This document shows, piece by piece, positions 48,945 through 59,555 of a stretch of DNA of 64,000 bases; the first letter of the stretch is position 1; every line of letters starts with the position of its first letter. The stretch covers positions 561-64,560 of the forward strand of contig PMCA01000034.1 of the NCBI GenBank assembly GCA_003153935.1, in the 5' to 3' direction. The DNA is from Elusimicrobiota bacterium (lineage in GTDB: Bacteria > CAYTYR01 > UBA6262). Made by a program: the position numbers and the translations under genes. The notes beneath the pieces were generated by a model. That model had not been told where the DNA came from. It did not search any database and saw only the letters and a list, made by a program, of their open reading frames with translations.

Positions 48945-49834
48945 GAATACTTATAACCGGCGCGACTGGTATGCTGGGCAGTGAACTGGCGGCAACGCTG
49001 GCGGGGGAACATGAACTTTGGGCGGTAGATATCAGGAAGCCACTGGAAACGGTGCCGGGAGTACAATACCAACTTCTGGATATCGTGAACACTAAGGAAA
49101 CTTTTTCCGCCATCACCCGGATAAACCCGGAACTGGTAATTCACACTGCCGCTTTCACTGACGTGGATGGGGCGGAAACCAAGAGCGACCTGGTTTTCCA
49201 GGTCAACGCTATCGGTACCAGGAATGTGGCCCTATCCTGCCAGAAGTTTGACGCAGCGCTCATTTATATCAGCACTGATTATGTTTTTGACGGGCAAAAA
49301 ACCGAGCCCTATGTGGAATTTGACCAGCCGCATCCCCTGAGCATCTACGCCCAGAGCAAATACTGGGGGGAATTATATACGCAGTGGCTGGTTAACCGGT
49401 TTATGATCATCCGCACCAGTTGGATGTTCGGCAAGAACGGCCGTAACTTTGTCCAAGCCATGCTCTCCCAGCTGAAAAACCAGCATTCGTTGAAAGTAGT
49501 GAAAGACCAGGTGGGTTCACCTACCTACGCGGTCGACCTGGCCTTGGCGATAAAAGAATTGATAACGGTCAACCAGCAGGTATCCACCGGGCTTTACGGT
49601 ATCTGGCATTTGACCAATTCGGGGTTCTGTTCGTGGTATGAGTTCGCTGCGGAAATTGTCAGGCTGAGCCAAAGTCACGAAACCGTAGAGTCCACTACGA
49701 GCGAACAATTACAGAGGCCGGCCGTCAGGCCGAAAAATTCGGTCCTGCGCAATTATAACTGGGAATTGCAGAACTTCGCGGCTTTGCCGCCCTGGCAGGA
49801 CGCCTTAAGGCGGTATCTGGTAACAATAAAGTGA
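48941..49834 (+). CDS. rfbD: dTDP-4-dehydrorhamnose reductase
   Basis: TGATGMLG, AAFTDVDGAE, STDYVFDG, YAQSK, DQVGSPT. Confidence 0.93.
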   Translation: MRILITGATGMLGSELAATLAGEHELWAVDIRKPLETVPGVQYQLLDIVNTKETFSAITRINPELVIHTAAFTDVDGAETKSDLVFQVNAIGTRNVALSCQKFDAALIYISTDYVFDGQKTEPYVEFDQPHPLSIYAQSKYWGELYTQWLVNRFMIIRTSWMFGKNGRNFVQAMLSQLKNQHSLKVVKDQVGSPTYAVDLALAIKELITVNQQVSTGLYGIWHLTNSGFCSWYEFAAEIVRLSQSHETVESTTSEQLQRPAVRPKNSVLRNYNWELQNFAALPPWQDALRRYLVTIK

Positions 49835-49862
49835 TACAAACGATTGCCGTGAGAGGAATGTT

Positions 49863-50732
49863 TTGAAAAATTTCTTCGGTATCCTGAGCAAAATAATATT
49901 GGTCCTGGTGGTAGCAGCCCTGGTCTGGTATAACCTGCCGCAAACGCAGGACGATCCGTTTAGTTATTTGCCGGATAAAGCCCTCGGCTACGGGCAGGTG
50001 AAAGTAAACTGGTCCGATAAAGGGCCTCAGGAACTTTTTAACGTTTTCTGGCAGAAAATGGCTGCCGCTAATCCCCAGTTGAATAACGGCCTCGCCAGGC
50101 ATTTGGCTTTGGCCTGGCTGCCCCAGGAAATCACAGCTGCGGTGCTGTACGACCGGCAATATGAATTGAGAAAACAATCCCCAGGCTTGGTGACGGTCAT
50201 CAAGCTTGATAAGAAGACCCGCCTCCTGAAACTGGTAAAACCCTGGATCAAGGTAATGTCGGGATGGGAAATTGAAAATAACCTGGTGATCATCAGCGAC
50301 CAGCCGGATAACGCGCCCAGGATCAGGCCGGAAGAATTGATTACTTTGAAGAATATGCTGTTGCCACAGCGAAATGCCGATCTGAATTTTTTCTTTCCCA
50401 ACCGGGACCATCAGCTGACCGCCCTGGTAAAATCGTTTGAAGAGAAAAATAAGTTTTCCCTTTTCCCCTCTATTAGTATGGTCGACTATCTGGAAATCGA
50501 CGGTAAATTAGCCGACGCCAACCGGTTTCAGGGTAAAATAACGTTCGTGGGTAAACATATATCGGATGTTGACAATATCGGAATGGATACTATTTTCTTA
50601 AATAGCCTGTTGCAGAGGTTCCTGTTGGGTAATGATCTGGATTACACGGGGGAAGTAAGTTCCCTGGCCAATTACGTGGAGATAAATTACCGTTTGGTCA
50701 ACCTTAATAAAATTTGGGACCGGTTCAAATGA
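49863..50732 (+). CDS. Membrane-anchored hypothetical protein, paralogue 1
   Basis: N-terminal TM helix, soluble domain; aligns by eye with 50729-51676. Confidence 0.72.
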   Translation: MKNFFGILSKIILVLVVAALVWYNLPQTQDDPFSYLPDKALGYGQVKVNWSDKGPQELFNVFWQKMAAANPQLNNGLARHLALAWLPQEITAAVLYDRQYELRKQSPGLVTVIKLDKKTRLLKLVKPWIKVMSGWEIENNLVIISDQPDNAPRIRPEELITLKNMLLPQRNADLNFFFPNRDHQLTALVKSFEEKNKFSLFPSISMVDYLEIDGKLADANRFQGKITFVGKHISDVDNIGMDTIFLNSLLQRFLLGNDLDYTGEVSSLANYVEINYRLVNLNKIWDRFK

Positions 50733-51676
50733 GAAGACTATTGATAGTGGCGATGGTCATGGTTTGCCTGGCACTGCCGGTCCGGGGCGCAGGCCTGGCG
50801 GGGTATTTACCGGCCAATATGGATGTAACTTACCAGTTGCTTCATGTTGATTCCCAACCGGCCTGGCAGGAGATATTGAATCTTTACCGTGATAAACTGG
50901 CAAATCAGAACGATCCCAATATGCTGTTGTTGAGCTATATTTTCAAACAATTTAAATTCCGGGAAATAGCGGGAGGGTATAATCGCGCGGCTCAGCAGAA
51001 TAACAATGTTTTACTGGTCCAACCGCAATTATCCGGCCCGGGAGAACAATTTAACCGGTTCCTAATAGATAACCTGGGCAGCTTCGTAGCCATTGATCAG
51101 AATTGGCACCAAACGGCTGAAGGCGAAGCCAAGATATATTTTGATATAAGAGGTGAAGCCAACGAGAAGTTAACGTCTTTTAACGTAGCCAATGACCAGG
51201 TTATCCTGGCTAGCAACAGCGCCTTGGTAAAAAAGTGCCTGGCCGCCGGGGAAAAACAGGCAAATATTGAAAGCCAAAGCTGGTACAAGGCGTTAAGGGA
51301 TAAAGCGCTGGCTAATTATGACGGCGTGGGAGGCATCAATAACCGGAACCGTAATTTTACTGCTGAGCTAAAAAAATGGGAAAAGAATAACAACCTGGTA
51401 GTGTTGATGTCGAGCGATTGGATTGACGCCCTGGGACTTAGTTTCAGGTTCCTGAGCGATGACCGCATCCAGGGGCGGCTACTTTTCCAGTGCAGCGAGC
51501 CGGGTAAAGTCGCCCTGGTCAAGAGCGACGCCGAGTTTCTGGGCGAAGTGGCGAAACGCCGTTACAGCGCCAGCCAATTAGGTATCAAAAGCAAAGTGAC
51601 CGTGAACGGGAACGTAGTAATACTCGATTTTGAAGCCGTAAACTGGCGGCCGATACTTGAAAAGGAATTAAAATAA
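50729..51676 (+). CDS. Exported hypothetical protein, paralogue 2
   Basis: Signal peptide MRRLLIVAMVMVCLALPVRG; ATGA overlap with the upstream stop. Confidence 0.75.
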   Translation: MRRLLIVAMVMVCLALPVRGAGLAGYLPANMDVTYQLLHVDSQPAWQEILNLYRDKLANQNDPNMLLLSYIFKQFKFREIAGGYNRAAQQNNNVLLVQPQLSGPGEQFNRFLIDNLGSFVAIDQNWHQTAEGEAKIYFDIRGEANEKLTSFNVANDQVILASNSALVKKCLAAGEKQANIESQSWYKALRDKALANYDGVGGINNRNRNFTAELKKWEKNNNLVVLMSSDWIDALGLSFRFLSDDRIQGRLLFQCSEPGKVALVKSDAEFLGEVAKRRYSASQLGIKSKVTVNGNVVILDFEAVNWRPILEKELK

Positions 51677-51696
51677 GAAATTAATAGGGAGCGAGC

Positions 51697-52989
51697 ATGA
51701 ATATTTGCGTTATCGGCACGGGTTATGTCGGCTTGGTGACCGGTACCTGTCTCGCGGACCTGGGCAACCAGGTGATCTGCGTGGACAATAACCAGGACAA
51801 GATCAAAATGCTTAAAAAAGGCAAAATGCCTATCTATGAACCGGGCCTGGCGGAATTAGTGGCTAAGAATACCAAAGAAAAAAGGCTGGAATTTACCACC
51901 AAGATCAAAGAGGGCGTGGGGCAGAGTCAGATCATATTTATTTCAGTCAATACGCCGAGAAAAGAAGACGGCGAACCCGACCTGTCCTATGTAGAAAAAG
52001 TAACGGCGGAGATCGCTGCTCATATGAAAGATTACAAGATCATTGTCGAGAAAAGCACCGTGCCGGTGGAAACGGGCGAGAAAATAATCCAGACCATAAA
52101 ATTGCATAATCCTCATAAAACTGATTTTGACGTAGTGTCCAATCCGGAATTCCTGAGGGAGGGCTCAGCTATTGAGGATACTATGCATCCTGACCGGATA
52201 GTACTGGGTGTATCCAGCAAGCGTGCGGAAAAGATCATGCGGGACCTGTACCGGCCGCTGAAAGCGCCGATCATTGTTACGGATATTAAAAGCGCTGAAA
52301 TAATCAAGCATGCTTCCAATTCATTTTTAGCGATGAAGATATCGTTTGCCAACGCGGTCGCCAATATTTGCGACCGGGTTGGCGCGGATGTTGAAAAAGT
52401 GGCGGAAGGAATGGGCTATGACAAAAGAATCGGCAGGGCATTCCTGAATGCCGGGGTTGGATTCGGTGGCTCATGCTTTCCTAAGGACTTGGCCGCTTTT
52501 ATTTATATAGCCAAAAAAAGCGGTTATGACTTCGAGTTATTAAAGGCTGTGCAAAAAATCAACGAGCAGCAGAAAAAGATCCTGTTGCAGAAAATAGAAG
52601 AGTCGCTGTGGGTTTTAAAGAATAAAACCATAGGTATTCTCGGCTTGGCTTTCAAACCGGAAACCGATGACTTACGCTCTGCCCCAGCCATAGATATTAT
52701 CAGGTCATTGCAGGCGGCAGGCGCTAAAATTAAGGCCTACGACCCTATCGCCATGGGCAAGGCCCGGAAAGTGCTGTCTGGAGTGAAATATGGCCATAAC
52801 GCGTATGAAGTGGCCAGGGGCAGCGATATGCTGGTGATCATTACTGAGTGGAACGAATTCAAGCAGCTGGACCTGGAACGGGTCAAAAAGCTCCTCCGGA
52901 CCCCGATTATAGTGGATGGCCGCAATATTTACGACCCAGTTAAGATGAAAGAGCTGGGCTATACCTATAAGTGTATTGGCCGAAAATAA
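51697..52989 (+). CDS. ugd: UDP-glucose 6-dehydrogenase
   Basis: [42 protein letters not shown]. Confidence 0.95.
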   Translation: MNICVIGTGYVGLVTGTCLADLGNQVICVDNNQDKIKMLKKGKMPIYEPGLAELVAKNTKEKRLEFTTKIKEGVGQSQIIFISVNTPRKEDGEPDLSYVEKVTAEIAAHMKDYKIIVEKSTVPVETGEKIIQTIKLHNPHKTDFDVVSNPEFLREGSAIEDTMHPDRIVLGVSSKRAEKIMRDLYRPLKAPIIVTDIKSAEIIKHASNSFLAMKISFANAVANICDRVGADVEKVAEGMGYDKRIGRAFLNAGVGFGGSCFPKDLAAFIYIAKKSGYDFELLKAVQKINEQQKKILLQKIEESLWVLKNKTIGILGLAFKPETDDLRSAPAIDIIRSLQAAGAKIKAYDPIAMGKARKVLSGVKYGHNAYEVARGSDMLVIITEWNEFKQLDLERVKKLLRTPIIVDGRNIYDPVKMKELGYTYKCIGRK

Positions 52990-53006
52990 AATCAGCGGAG
53001 GACGTA

Positions 53007-53936
53007 ATGAAGGTGCTGATCACAGGTGGAGCGGGATTCCTTGGTTCGCATTTATGCGATCTGTTCATTAAAAAAGGCCATTCCGTTATCGCCATGGACA
53101 ACCTGATAACGGGCAATATGGAAAATATCGACCATTTGGCCGGGAACAAAAATTTCCGGTTCATCCATCATAATGTGACCGAATTTATGTTCATCCCCGG
53201 CAAATTGGACGCCATACTGCATTTCGCCTCGCCGGCCAGTCCCATAGATTACTTGAATTTACCCATACAAACACTGAAGGTGGGATCACTGGGTACGCAT
53301 AAGGCCCTGGGGCTGGCGAAAGAAAAAAAGGCCATTTTTTTACTTGCATCTACTTCGGAAGTTTATGGCGATCCGTTGGTTAATCCCCAGAAAGAAACCT
53401 ATTGGGGTAATGTCAATCCTATCGGACCGCGCGGCGTTTATGATGAAGCCAAACGATTCGCCGAGGCCCTGACTATGGCTTATCACCGGTTTCATGGAGT
53501 AGACGTAAAAATAGTCCGGATCTTCAATACTTTCGGCCCGCGTATGCGCAAAAACGATGGAAGAGTGGTGCCGAATTTTATCGACCAGGCGCTGAAAGGT
53601 GAACCCTTGACGGTGTTCGGGGATGGTTCGCAAACCCGCAGTTTCTGTTATGTTAGCGACATGGTTGAGGGTATTTATCGCCTGCTGCTCAGCAACACCA
53701 ACGAGCCTGTCAATATCGGCAACCAGGAAGAAATGACAGTGCTGGAATTTGCCAAATTGATTAAAAAGATTACCCGGACCAAGAGCAAGATAGAGTTCAG
53801 GGACCTGCCAATCGACGATCCCAAAGTTAGGCAGCCGAATATTGCCCTGGCAAAGAAATTGATCAATTGGGAACCCAAGATCAGCGTCGAAGAAGGCCTG
53901 AACAGAACCATAAAGTGGTTCCTGAAGAATAAATAA
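53007..53936 (+). CDS. uxs: UDP-glucuronate decarboxylase (UDP-xylose synthase)
   Basis: [51 protein letters not shown]. Confidence 0.9.
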   Translation: MKVLITGGAGFLGSHLCDLFIKKGHSVIAMDNLITGNMENIDHLAGNKNFRFIHHNVTEFMFIPGKLDAILHFASPASPIDYLNLPIQTLKVGSLGTHKALGLAKEKKAIFLLASTSEVYGDPLVNPQKETYWGNVNPIGPRGVYDEAKRFAEALTMAYHRFHGVDVKIVRIFNTFGPRMRKNDGRVVPNFIDQALKGEPLTVFGDGSQTRSFCYVSDMVEGIYRLLLSNTNEPVNIGNQEEMTVLEFAKLIKKITRTKSKIEFRDLPIDDPKVRQPNIALAKKLINWEPKISVEEGLNRTIKWFLKNK

Positions 53937-54019
53937 GCGAAATTATTGAAAGTTAGTCATATTTGATCCCGGGAAATGAAATAGCTTGGATCTATCTATG
54001 CTGAAATAGGGGGAATACA

Positions 54020-54793
54020 ATGAAAGTAGTAATACTGGCAGGTGGTAAGGGGACCAGGATCAGTGAAGAAACTTTAACTATTCCCAAACCAATGATTGAA
54101 ATAGGCAGCAAGCCGATTCTTTGGCACATAATGAAGATTTATTCACATTACGGGTTTAATGAATTTATCGTTTGTCTCGGCTATTTGGGTTATGTCGTTA
54201 AAGAATATTTCTCTCATTATTTTTTGCATATGAGCGATGTGACCATGGACCTGGCCAAGAATAAAATGCATATCCATAATACCGCATCGGAACCCTGGCA
54301 GGTAACACTGGTAGACACGGGGGCGGAGACCATGACCGCCGGCCGGATAAAAAGGATCGAGAAATATATAGGGACGGACCCCTTCTTAATGACTTATGGT
54401 GACGGCGTGGGGGATATTGACCTTAAGGCCCTGGTTAAATTTCATCAGAAAAGCAAGGCTCTGGCCACGGTTACCGCGGTCCAGCCTTTAGGTCGGTTTG
54501 GCACTTTAGATATCAGTACTACGGGTAAGGTTAATCATTTCCTGGAAAAACCACAGGGTGACAATAACTGGATCAATGCCGGGTTCTTTGTTTTACAGCC
54601 GGAAATTTTTAAGTACATTGAAGCTGATGACATAATATGGGAAAAAGAGCCGATGGAGAAACTGTCACGGGAAGGGCAGTTGACTGCTTACAAGCATCAT
54701 GGTTTTTGGCGGCCAATGGATGCCTTAAGGGATAAAATTGAACTGGAACGGCTCTGGCAGTCGGGTGAGGCCCCCTGGAAGATCTGGAAATAA
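54020..54793 (+). CDS. rfbF: Glucose-1-phosphate cytidylyltransferase
   Basis: LAGGKGTRISEET, PKPMIEIG, LVDTG..TMTAGR, TYGDG, WINAGFF, GFWRPMD. Confidence 0.93.
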   Translation: MKVVILAGGKGTRISEETLTIPKPMIEIGSKPILWHIMKIYSHYGFNEFIVCLGYLGYVVKEYFSHYFLHMSDVTMDLAKNKMHIHNTASEPWQVTLVDTGAETMTAGRIKRIEKYIGTDPFLMTYGDGVGDIDLKALVKFHQKSKALATVTAVQPLGRFGTLDISTTGKVNHFLEKPQGDNNWINAGFFVLQPEIFKYIEADDIIWEKEPMEKLSREGQLTAYKHHGFWRPMDALRDKIELERLWQSGEAPWKIWK

Positions 54794-54803
54794 GCAGGAG
54801 ATT

Positions 54804-55787
54804 ATGGTGAACTTTTGGCGCAACAAGAGAGTACTGATAACCGGCAATGAAGGATTCCTGGGGTCTAATCTGACTCTAAAGCTGCTGGCTGCGGGCGCGC
54901 AAATAACCGGTTTGGATATAAGAGTGCGCCGGCCTGATACTATTTTTACCAGTAAAGACTATCAGGGGTTCAAGACTATTAAAGGCAGTGTGGCCGATTT
55001 CGCCTTGGTTAGGCGTTTAATCAAGCAGAATAAGATTGAATTTGTTTTCCACCTGGCGGCCGAGGCCATTGTCGGACGATCGCTAAAAGATCCGTTAAAT
55101 ACATTTGCTTCTAATGTTGAAGGTACCTGGAATATCCTGGAAGCCTGCCGGCAATTGGGTACAGTGGAAGCGATCATTGTCGCTTCCAGTGATAAAGCCT
55201 ATGGTAGCCATAAGATATTACCCTATAAGGAAGATGCGCCATTGATTGGCGATCATCCTTATGATGTTTCCAAGAGCTGTGCCGACCTTATCGCCTATTC
55301 ATATTTTCATACCTATAATTTGCCGGTGGCCGTGACCAGGTGCGGCAATATCTACGGGCCGGGCGACTTTAATTACAGTCGTATAATACCTGATGCGTTG
55401 CGCTGCCTTTACTATGGCCGGACCCTGCTGATCCGCAGTGACGGCAGATTTACCAGGGATTATGTTTATGTTGATGACATCGTCAACGGGTATATGCTTT
55501 TGGCGGAAAAATTGAAGAAACTGAAACTGGCAGGCGAAGCTTTCAATATCAGCGATGAAAATCCTATTTCCGTGCTCGCCTTGCTGGCGCAGATCAACAT
55601 GCTTTCCGGTAGAAAACTGAACTATAAAATACTGGACCGGGCTAAATACGAAATTAAAGATCAATATCTGGCAGCCAACAAAGCCAGAAGGATCTTAGGC
55701 TGGAAGCCGCAATTTAATCTGGATGAGGCTCTAAAAATAACTATGGCCTGGTATGAAAATTATTTTGGGACTGTTTTATGCCAATGA
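54804..55787 (+). CDS. CDP-glucose 4,6-dehydratase-like SDR
   Basis: FWRNKRVLITG, HLAAEAIVG, SSDKAYG, PYDVSK, RCGNIYGPGD; follows rfbF. Confidence 0.75.
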   Translation: MVNFWRNKRVLITGNEGFLGSNLTLKLLAAGAQITGLDIRVRRPDTIFTSKDYQGFKTIKGSVADFALVRRLIKQNKIEFVFHLAAEAIVGRSLKDPLNTFASNVEGTWNILEACRQLGTVEAIIVASSDKAYGSHKILPYKEDAPLIGDHPYDVSKSCADLIAYSYFHTYNLPVAVTRCGNIYGPGDFNYSRIIPDALRCLYYGRTLLIRSDGRFTRDYVYVDDIVNGYMLLAEKLKKLKLAGEAFNISDENPISVLALLAQINMLSGRKLNYKILDRAKYEIKDQYLAANKARRILGWKPQFNLDEALKITMAWYENYFGTVLCQ

Positions 55788-56914
55788 GGAAATGCAGAGT
55801 ATGCGGCCATGAATTTTTTAAAGAGCCATTGCTGCGATATGAGAATATGCCCAAGGCCGCTCAGTTTTTACCGGACGCGAAATCGGTGGAAAACGAAAAG
55901 GGAGAAAATCTAGAAATATACCAGTGTTCGGGTTGCGGATTGATTCAGCTAAGTAATGATCCTGTCCCATATTATAAGGAGGTCATACGTGCGGCGGCCT
56001 TTTCCGCAGAAATGAAAGATTTCCGCAACAAGCAATTCCAGAGTTTCGCACAGAAATATTCCCTTAAAGGAGAAAAAGTTATCGAGATCGGCTGCGGCCG
56101 CGGGGAATATCTGTCCATAATGCAACAATTGGGCGTAGAAGCTTATGGGCTAGAATATGCGGAAGAAGCGGTGATGCAGTGCGTCAAGAATGGTCTAAAA
56201 GTTTCCCAAGGATTTATCCAAAGCGGTTCTGAAAGTTTAAAACACGCTCCCTTTAAGGGTTTTTTTATATTGAATTTTCTTGAGCACCTGCCTGACCCGA
56301 ATTCAACTCTTAGGGGAATATATAACAACTTGATGAATGATGCTATAGGACTTGTTGAAGTGCCAAATTTTGACATGATTTTGCGGAAAAACCTTTTCTC
56401 CGAATTCATTGGCGACCATCTGTTTTATTTTACCAGGGAAACCTTAAATACAACTTTAAAACTTAATGGTTTTGAGATCCTGGAATGTGATGAAGTGTGG
56501 CACGATTATATAATTTCCGCGGTGGTTAGGAAAAGAGCCAAGATCGGCCTGGAACGTTTTTATAAAGATCAGGCGAAACTTAAAAATGAAATCGAAGAAT
56601 ATATTAACCGCTTCCAGGACAAAAAAGTAGCCATCTGGGGCGCAGGGCATCAAGCCCTGGCCGTGATTTCTTTAACAAATTTAACCGGTAAGGTTAAGTA
56701 CGTTGTGGATTCCGCCGTATTTAAGCAGGGTAAATTTACTCCGGCTACGCATATCCCCATCGTTTCTCCCGATACGCTGGGCACTGATCCGGTCGGGGCG
56801 ATTATAGTTATGGCGGCCAGCTATTCTGATGAAGTGGTGAAAATCATACAAGGGAAATTCGGGAAGAAGATAGCTATTGCCGTACTGAGAGATTTTGGCT
56901 TAGAAGAAGTTTAA
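55778..56914 (+). CDS. NDP-hexose C-methyltransferase-like (Zn site, SAM domain, C-terminal domain)
   Basis: CRVC and CSGC Cys pairs, IEIGCGRG, LEHLPDP, VEVPN, WGAGHQ, VVDSAVFKQGKFTP. Confidence 0.82.
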   Translation: MPMRKCRVCGHEFFKEPLLRYENMPKAAQFLPDAKSVENEKGENLEIYQCSGCGLIQLSNDPVPYYKEVIRAAAFSAEMKDFRNKQFQSFAQKYSLKGEKVIEIGCGRGEYLSIMQQLGVEAYGLEYAEEAVMQCVKNGLKVSQGFIQSGSESLKHAPFKGFFILNFLEHLPDPNSTLRGIYNNLMNDAIGLVEVPNFDMILRKNLFSEFIGDHLFYFTRETLNTTLKLNGFEILECDEVWHDYIISAVVRKRAKIGLERFYKDQAKLKNEIEEYINRFQDKKVAIWGAGHQALAVISLTNLTGKVKYVVDSAVFKQGKFTPATHIPIVSPDTLGTDPVGAIIVMAASYSDEVVKIIQGKFGKKIAIAVLRDFGLEEV

Positions 56915-56968
56915 CTGGTGGGACGCACAGTTAATAAATATTCCCTGGGAAGATGAGGAGAAAATAGC

Positions 56969-58039
56969 ATGGCGAAGGAACAAGAAAAGTTAAAAGCTGA
57001 TGAACAGGAAAAAAGAAACCGGTTGAAAAATGAAAAACCTTATGTGTATAAGAAAATCATGCAATTCGATGAAAAAGTTAAAAAGGGTGAAAGTATAGCG
57101 ATACTGCAGTTTCAATACAATTACAAATGCAATTTCCGTTGCCAGCACTGTGACATTACCGGCCTGCGGGATAAAACGGGGGAAAAAAGAAGCTTTACGC
57201 CAAAAGACGTAAAGGAACTTTCGCGCCAGGCGGATGAAATGGGTCTGGCCCATATCGTGATCACTGGTGGTGAACCGCTGGTTTTCGCGGAATTTGACGA
57301 AATTGTTAAGGCCATAGACCCGCAAAAATTTTATATAACCTCTGATACGAATGGCTGGTTTTTAGATACGAAACGAGCAAAGCATCTCAAGGCCATCGGT
57401 ATTGACAAAATCCAACTTAGCTTGGACAGCCTTAACGCAGCTGAACATGATGACTTTCGGCGCAGTCCTGGGTCTCACGAACGATGTTTAAAAGCCATTG
57501 ATGCGGCTTTGGCCGCCGGTTTGAATATTATTATCCAAACCGTGGTTACCAAGCAAAGGGTACGTTCTCAGGAATTTATAGAATTTTTAGAATTTTTGAA
57601 CGGAAAAGGTGTGGGCGTTTTTGTGACCTACGCGAAACCGGTCGGAGAATGGACAGGCAATTATGACGTTATGATCAATCGCGATGATATGGATTATCTG
57701 CGGGGGCTGGAGAAGAAATATAATGTATTTACCCATCTGACCCCGTCTTACGGCCTCAATTTGGGCTGTATTGCCGTAAAAAGAATGGTTTCTATCACTC
57801 AGTACGGGGATGTGCTTCCATGCCCGTATATCCATATTTCACTGGGTAATTTCTTTAAAGAGCCGCTAAAGGATATTATCGCCAGAGGCATGAAAATCAG
57901 ATATTTTGGCGAATATCATGATACCTGTTTTATAGCCGAGGATAGAAAATTCATAGAGGAAATAGAGGCTAAGAAGATATACGGCAAACCGCTTCCGGTT
58001 CCTTATACGGAAGTGTTTACGGAAGATGATTATATTTAG
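56969..58039 (+). CDS. Radical SAM protein with twitch/SPASM-like C-terminus
   Basis: CNFRCQHC, TGGEP, TNG, GCIAVKR..GDVLPCPY. Confidence 0.88.
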   Translation: MAKEQEKLKADEQEKRNRLKNEKPYVYKKIMQFDEKVKKGESIAILQFQYNYKCNFRCQHCDITGLRDKTGEKRSFTPKDVKELSRQADEMGLAHIVITGGEPLVFAEFDEIVKAIDPQKFYITSDTNGWFLDTKRAKHLKAIGIDKIQLSLDSLNAAEHDDFRRSPGSHERCLKAIDAALAAGLNIIIQTVVTKQRVRSQEFIEFLEFLNGKGVGVFVTYAKPVGEWTGNYDVMINRDDMDYLRGLEKKYNVFTHLTPSYGLNLGCIAVKRMVSITQYGDVLPCPYIHISLGNFFKEPLKDIIARGMKIRYFGEYHDTCFIAEDRKFIEEIEAKKIYGKPLPVPYTEVFTEDDYI

Positions 58040-58049
58040 AGGGGGGAAA

Positions 58050-59555
58050 ATGAAGAGTCACGATAAATGGCCATTGTTCGTTTTCGAGATGGCCAATAAT
58101 CATATGGGTGATGTAGTGCACGGGATGAAGATCATCAGGGAAATCAGCCGGGTGTGCCAGGGATTTGATTTTAAATTTGCCTTTAAATTCCAATATCGGG
58201 ATCTTGACACGTTCATTCATCCGGATTTCAAAAATAATCTTGAATATAAATATGTTAAAAGGTTTTCTGAGACAAAACTTAGCCAAGATCAGTTTAGAAC
58301 GCTAAAGGATGAAGCGGTTAAAGAAGGTTTTGTTACTATGTGCACTCCGTTTGATGAGAATTCCGTTGATTTAATTGAAAAATTTGATTTCGACATTATT
58401 AAGATAGCCAGTTGTTCCTTCACGGACTGGCCGCTGCTGGAAAGAATAGCAAGAACTAATAAGCCGGTTATTGCTTCGACGGCAGGCGCCTCCTTGGACG
58501 ATATAGATAAAGTTGTTAGTTTTTTTACTCATCGGGACAAAGAATTTGCCTTAATGCATTGTGTCGCGGAATATCCTACTCTAAAAAATAATCTTCAATT
58601 AAATCAAATTGATTTGATGAGAGCGCGTTATCCTCAGGTCGTAGTCGGCTATTCCACTCACGAATCTCCGGATATGTATGAGGCTATCAAAGTGGCCATA
58701 GGGAAAGGGGCCAAGATATTTGAAAAACATGTTGGCGTCCAAACCGAAAAGTATAAATTGAATGATTATTCCGCTACTCCGGAGCAAGTTAAAAAATGGC
58801 TGGAGGCGGCCAGGGAAGGTTTGGAGATATGCGGGGTTTCAGGCAGCCGCATGGATTTTACGGAAAAAGAGTTATCCAGCCTGAGATCTTTAGGCAGAGG
58901 GGTTTTCGCCGCGCAAAATATCAAAAAAGGTGAAAGAATAAACAGGCCCGAGGTATTTCTGGCCATACCTACGCAGGAAAATCAAATTATTGCCAATGAT
59001 TTCTCAAAGTATGCGGAGTTTTACGCTACGGATAATATAAAGAAGAATGAGCCGATTCTTTTTAAAAATACTACTAGGATAGATAATAGAGAAAAGATTT
59101 ATGCCATGGTTCAAAGCGTGAAAGAAGTTATTATGAAAAGCGGGATATTGGTCCCAAGCAGGCTGGATCTGGAAATTTCACACCATTATGGCATTGATAG
59201 GTTTTATGAATACGGATGTACTTTAATAAATTTTGTTAACAGGGAATACTGCAAAAAACTTATAGTGGTATTGCCAGGGCAGAAGCATCCGGAACAATAT
59301 CATAAGGTGAAAGAGGAAACTTTTCATGTTCTATACGGCGAGGTAATAATAATTCTTGACGGGAAAGAGCGGGTGTGCAAGCCGGGGGAAATAGTAACCG
59401 TGGAGCGCGGTATAAAACATATATTTACCAGCAAAACCGGTGCCATAATAGAAGAAATATCTTCCACGCATTTCCAGGACGATTCATTCTATACCGCGCC
59501 GGAAATTGCCAAAAATAAAAACAGAAAAACTCTCATTACTTACTGGTTAGGCTGA
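58050..59555 (+). CDS. NeuB-family synthase fused to SAF and a C-terminal cupin (sugar isomerase-like)
   Basis: FEMANNHMGD, KIASC, MHCVAEYPT, GYSTHE, EKHV; SAF-like RGVFAAQNIKKGE; cupin HPEQYHKVKEETFHVLYG. Confidence 0.82.
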   Translation: MKSHDKWPLFVFEMANNHMGDVVHGMKIIREISRVCQGFDFKFAFKFQYRDLDTFIHPDFKNNLEYKYVKRFSETKLSQDQFRTLKDEAVKEGFVTMCTPFDENSVDLIEKFDFDIIKIASCSFTDWPLLERIARTNKPVIASTAGASLDDIDKVVSFFTHRDKEFALMHCVAEYPTLKNNLQLNQIDLMRARYPQVVVGYSTHESPDMYEAIKVAIGKGAKIFEKHVGVQTEKYKLNDYSATPEQVKKWLEAAREGLEICGVSGSRMDFTEKELSSLRSLGRGVFAAQNIKKGERINRPEVFLAIPTQENQIIANDFSKYAEFYATDNIKKNEPILFKNTTRIDNREKIYAMVQSVKEVIMKSGILVPSRLDLEISHHYGIDRFYEYGCTLINFVNREYCKKLIVVLPGQKHPEQYHKVKEETFHVLYGEVIIILDGKERVCKPGEIVTVERGIKHIFTSKTGAIIEEISSTHFQDDSFYTAPEIAKNKNRKTLITYWLG

